This document shows, piece after piece, positions 57,653 through 64,000 of a DNA stretch of 64,000 nt. Positions within the stretch are counted from its first letter, which is position 1. Every line of letters begins with the position of its first letter. The stretch comes from an uncultured candidatus Porisulfidus sp. (GTDB lineage: Bacteria; Pseudomonadota; Gammaproteobacteria; Poriferisulfidales; Poriferisulfidaceae): positions 1 through 64,000 of the forward strand of contig OZ220480.1 of assembly GCA_965116025.1 (NCBI GenBank). Reading direction: 5' to 3'. The notes under the pieces were generated by a model, which was not told where the DNA came from, searched no databases, and saw only the letters and a list, made by a program, of their open reading frames with translations. The position numbers and the translations under genes were made by a program.

Positions 57653-57665
57653 CTCTCTCTCCCGG

Positions 57666-59762
<2,097 letters not shown>

Positions 59763-59766
59763 GGTC

Positions 59767-60237
59767 TTACCAGCGATAGTGCGAGAAGGCGCGGTTGGAC
59801 TCGGCCATGCTCAGGGTGTCCTCGCGTCTCTTGATGGCGATGCCTCTCTGGTCGGCCGCGTCCATCAGCTCGCCAGCCAGTCGCCGCATCATGGAAGTCT
59901 CGGAACGCTTGCGCGAGGACTCGATGATCCAGCGGATCGCCAGCGCTTCCTGCCGTTGCGGGCGCACCTCGACCGGCACTTGATAGGTCGCGCCGCCGAC
60001 TCGACGGGACTTGACCTCCACCGGCGGGCGAACGTTCTCCAAGGCGCGCTCGAGGATCGCGACCGACTCGCCGCCGCGCCGACGCGCGATCTCGTCCAGA
60101 GCGTCGTACAGAATATGCTCGGCGACCGACTTCTTGCCGTCGCGCATGAGAGCGTTGACGAACCGGGTCAGCAACTTCTTCCCGTACTTGGGGTCCGGCT
60201 CGACCGGACGTTGCGGGACGTCTCTACGGCGTGGCAT
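59767..60237 (-). CDS. rpsG: 30S ribosomal protein S7
   Basis: [24 protein letters not shown]. Confidence 0.97.
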   Translation of the reverse strand: MPRRRDVPQRPVEPDPKYGKKLLTRFVNALMRDGKKSVAEHILYDALDEIARRRGGESVAILERALENVRPPVEVKSRRVGGATYQVPVEVRPQRQEALAIRWIIESSRKRSETSMMRRLAGELMDAADQRGIAIKRREDTLSMAESNRAFSHYRW

Positions 60238-60264
60238 GGCGGATCCTCCTCAGGGCTTCCCGAC

Positions 60265-60642
60265 TCAGCCGGCCTTGGGCCGCTTGGTCCCGTACTTGGA
60301 GCGACCTTGCCGACGGTCCGCCACCCCCTGGGTGTCCAGGCTTCCGCGCACCGTGTGGTAGCGCACGCCCGGAAGATCCTTGACTCGACCGCCCCGGATC
60401 AGGACCACGGAGTGCTCCTGGAGGTTGTGGCCCTCGCCACCGATGTAGCTGGTGACCTCGAAGCCGTTGGTCAGACGGACGCGCGCGACCTTGCGCAGCG
60501 CGGAATTCGGCTTTTTGGGGGTCGTGGTGTAGACGCGGGTGCATACCCCGCGTTTTTGCGGGCAACGGGCGAGCGCCGGCACGTTGCTCTTGCTCGTGGG
60601 GCGCTTGCGCGACTTGCGCACCAACTGGTTGATCGTTGCCAT
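60265..60642 (-). CDS. rpsL: 30S ribosomal protein S12
   Basis: [28 protein letters not shown]. Confidence 0.98.
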   Translation of the reverse strand: MATINQLVRKSRKRPTSKSNVPALARCPQKRGVCTRVYTTTPKKPNSALRKVARVRLTNGFEVTSYIGGEGHNLQEHSVVLIRGGRVKDLPGVRYHTVRGSLDTQGVADRRQGRSKYGTKRPKAG

Positions 60643-60894
60643 CGTGTCGTCAGTGAAGCGGCATCCATATAAAAACAGGCCAGCGCCCGAGGTCGGATGC
60701 TGGCCCGCCAAATCCGGCGGCGGATTATAGCACAGGGAAAACCCTCAGCCCGCGCCAGGGAGCGCTCCGAAACGCGGCGCTTCCCGCCCAATGTCCCACC
60801 AAGCCGCCACGCCGTCCTCTCGCCAGAACTCCCTCTCCCATCAGGCGCGATTTCACTGCGCTCGCAAGGAGAACGCGACAAAAGGGCGGGAGGC

Positions 60895-63336
60895 TCAGAG
60901 TCTCGGCACCTCGGTACCCGACGCGGGATCGATATCTTGGACGAGAGGCGGCGCGCGCAGGACATCCCCCAGCACTCGCCGTGCCCATTCAGGCTCCCCG
61001 TGCAGAAAATACACCCCGCGTTCTTCCCATTCCCGTCGCGACTTCTCCTCATCTCCAATCTGGTCGGGGGTCGTGACGGAAAGGACATAGGCATGCAGGC
61101 GCAAATTCGGATTCTCCTCGCGGACTCGGCGCTCGACATTCTTAATGGCGGTATGCAACCGTACCTTCCTGCGTTCGCTGGGACCAAACCGGACCAGCCC
61201 TTTGGGATCAAGAAACACGATGTGCTGGCTCTCACCATCCACCAGCCAGACGATAAAGTCGGGGTAGTACGCATGGTCATCGAAAAAGGACACGCCCCGG
61301 CCCCGGCTGAGGTTGCGGATCAGGAACAACTCTCTGCCCCGCAGGCAGCCATCGTCAGATCGCGCCAAATCCGTCAGCCCTTCGACGACCCTCTTCTCAT
61401 TGCGATCCAAAGGCACTGGCCGTACCGTGATGTCGCTTTTTCCGATCACGTGAAGCAGAGGCTTGTACGCATGGGAATCGCGATGGAGAAGGCCGAGCCC
61501 AAGGGAGCGATACGCGCGATCCTCACGCATTGAGACAAGAGACCGCACGTCATCAAGCAGCTTCGTTTCCTTGGCGGCCACCGACAGCGTGAACTTCTTC
61601 ACATTGTTGGGATCGGATTCGCTCAGCGACATAACTTCGATGTGGCTGGCCTCCCATCGGTTGCGCTTCGTCTTCCAGAATCGATCCGCGTATTCGGCGA
61701 GGAGGTCTATCGCGATATCCTCCAGCTTCCGCAAATCCGGGAAACTTCTCACCACAAGCCGCTCTGGAGGCAGATACAGCGCGTACCAATCATCTCGATC
61801 CAGCAACGCGTCTACGGTCGATTGGCGGATCGTCAAATTGTGCCAGCCCATTTTTCGCTTGCGCGCGAGCAATTCGTCATATACGCGAATTCGGTCGAAC
61901 AGGGCGACGTGACGCGGATCCAATTTGACCGGCGCCTTCTCGACCATACCGCTTTCCTCGCCACCGCCGGCGCCGATGGACTGCAACCGTGAATAGAGAT
62001 CCATCTCCACAATCGGCTCCCGGGCATCGCCGCACTCCCCAAGAACTGGCCGGTCCCCGGAGCGGTGGTATACCAAACCTTCCTTGAGCCGGATGATCTT
62101 CAGGTCCTTTTTGGCGAAGTTCCACGTGACGGGGAGCCGGAACGTCTTCCGCTCTACTCCGATTCCGTCCGTTTCCAATATCTCTCGGAAAGTCTGCATA
62201 TAGTTCGCGCGCAGTCCGAAGACGCGCAAGGTCTCCAGCTCCGCCAACCGGTCACTGTCCTCCGGCAAATCGGCCCCGCTCTCGCGATGGCGCTTCAGGC
62301 TCATCTTCCAGCCCATGAGCCGAACTCCACGCCCGAACATCTGGATGATCTCCGGGCCCTCACCAACTCCGACATGCATCAATCCCATGGCGCTCACCCG
62401 CCAGGAATTCCAGCCGGCAATGAAACGCCGCGCGCCAATCACGACGTTCACTTTCGAATTCGGGCGATCCACGCTGGCGAACAGCGGACGGGAGACCCCC
62501 GCGTCGCGCTCGACGACAAGGTCGGGATAGTCGCCCTCGGCAAGCAACTTGTGGAGCGCCGCCGAATCGCCGACGTTCACCACGCCAAAAGGAGCGTTTT
62601 CACCGGTACGCAAATGCAGCTCGCCTTCGCCCCGGGTCAGGTAGCGCACGCGCAAACGTCCCGGCCCATGGAATAGGGTGTGGCAAATATCTTCATAGAG
62701 CGCGTCCTCGCCCTCATTTCGGAACTCGTCGAAACGTCCGGCGAAAAAATCCGCGCCGTCCGCGTCGGTCAAGCCGCTATTTCCAGAAACGAGACGCTTG
62801 ATCATGGCGCGCACGCGCTCGCGGTGGGCCAGCGTCCAGCCGAAAAAGGTCAGAATTCGAGCCACGTCCGATTTGGTGTCTTGGTTGGCTTTGGAGCTTC
62901 TTCCACCTATCACCGTCTTGCCAAGGAACACCCATAGCGGGCGGGCAACGTTGAAGTCCGCCCAGCCAACGCGACCTTCGCGCCAGATGCGGCATTGCCG
63001 GTAGAAGCTTAGCAAGCAACCCAGCAGATACATATCGCTGTTCGCGTCTTCGCCCCCTTGGGGAAGGTTGGCGATAGCGTAATCCTTGCCATAGCCATCG
63101 GCATGGAAGGTGCGGTAAGAATAGTCGAACAGCAGGCTCTTTCCATATGCGTCGCGTAACTCAGCGTCTTTGCCAACGATCTGGTTGAAAGTGGCCGAGT
63201 ATTCGAATGTGAAGCCCCCCTTCGCCAGTTCCGCCCTGAGATTCCGCCAAACCTTTCCAGAGGCGCCGAGATGTCCTTCGTCCACCAACACGAGATTGTT
63301 GGAGCCAAAATCGCTCACGGCGATACGCTTTACCCC
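60895..63336 (-). pseudogene. Type III restriction enzyme Res subunit, 3' part, interrupted by IS30
   Basis: LVLVDEGH, FEYSATF, QMFGRGVRL, YYPDFIVW..FLDPKG nuclease motif; N-terminal Walker A region missing at the IS junction. Confidence 0.85.
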
Positions 63337-64000
63337 CCCAGTTTCAACTTTCAAGTGCAACACTCCGAAGAATGGCGGTGGAGGCGATGAGTTGCGGTAA
63401 GGTCTCATTGTCATCAACCGCCCCCGAGAGAGGCGCTTATGAGAAGTTACACGCAACTCACCGAGACCCAACGTTACCAGATCGAGGCGCTGCGGGGCCT
63501 CGACATGAGCCAGGCGGAGGTGGCGCGAAGGATCGGCGTCGACCGCGGCACGGTGTGCCGCGAGCTGAAGCGGAACGCCGACGCTCGGAGCGGACGATAC
63601 CGGGCCGAGCTGGCGTGCCGAAAGGCGAAAGAGCGCCGCCAGAAGCGGGCTCGGCGGCGGGTCTCGCCGGCGGTGTGGAGGCGGGTCAAGAAGCTGCTGA
63701 AGCAGGGCTGGAGCCCGCAGCAGATCAGCGCGTGGCTGGACAAGGAGGGCTTGGCGAAGGTGAGCCACGAGCTCATCTACCGCTGGGTATGGGCGGATCG
63801 GCGGCGGGGCGGCGACCTGTATCTGTATTTGCGGCAAGGCCACCGTCGGCGCCGGCGGTATGGGCGCGGGAAGGGCCGGTCGCGCATTCCGGGGCGGGTG
63901 CCGATCCAGGAGCGTCCGGAGGTGGTGGAGACGCGCTCGCGGCTGGGAGACTGGGAAGCGGACACGGTGATCGGACGGCGTGGCAGTGGGGTTCTGGCGT
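63337..64000 (+). mobile_element. IS30-family insertion sequence (runs off the window)
   Basis: Left end CCCAGTTTCAACTTTCAAGTGCAACA resembles IS30-family IRs (TTCAA...GCAACA); exact boundary +/-2 bp. Confidence 0.88.
63439..64000 (+). CDS. IS30-family transposase (partial)
   Basis: Read manually: MRSYTQLT..RELKRN..WSPQQIS..VSHELIYRW..GDWEADTVIG. Confidence 0.93.
   Translation, partial: MRSYTQLTETQRYQIEALRGLDMSQAEVARRIGVDRGTVCRELKRNADARSGRYRAELACRKAKERRQKRARRRVSPAVWRRVKKLLKQGWSPQQISAWLDKEGLAKVSHELIYRWVWADRRRGGDLYLYLRQGHRRRRRYGRGKGRSRIPGRVPIQERPEVVETRSRLGDWEADTVIGRRGSGVLA

Noticed and set aside
60265-60642. Streptomycin-resistance allele of rpsL
   Set aside because: The K43 and K88 equivalents (PKKPNS, RVKDLPG) are wild type
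63337-63843. N-terminal ~170 aa of the 982-aa ORF as a real Res domain
   Set aside because: It is the antisense strand of the IS30 transposase and IR, in frame by chance

Overview
GC-rich gammaproteobacterial chromosome segment; SoxY, YeeE and TusA hint at sulfur metabolism (lifestyle is inference). The core backbone is ilvA, gshA, ubiA, bioBF, coaBC-dut-algC, pssA, ilvIHC, uvrA, tRNA-Lys and the complete str-S10-spc-alpha ribosomal cluster. Four defence-like insertions interrupt it. (1) A single-polypeptide Type ISP R-M gene is frameshifted at a G15 tract (candidate phase-variable switch), with an intact IS1595 upstream and a divergent GIY-YIG-like gene. (2) An intact N4-C/N6-A methyltransferase sits beside an endonuclease-like partner with three lesions. 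(3) An uncharacterised three-gene cassette (HxH-motif protein, DUF1828-like protein, ABC-ATPase/TOPRIM) lies between ilvC and pssA; this is the best candidate for an undescribed defence system. (4) A Type III Res gene is broken by an IS30. Other oddities: a cytoplasmic molybdoenzyme coupled to an FNR-2x[4Fe-4S] reductase, two unannotated 26-aa membrane peptides, N-terminal extensions on uL23 and uS10, and a sharply bounded G-ending codon bias in tuf. All calls come from motif recognition by eye; no database searches were run.
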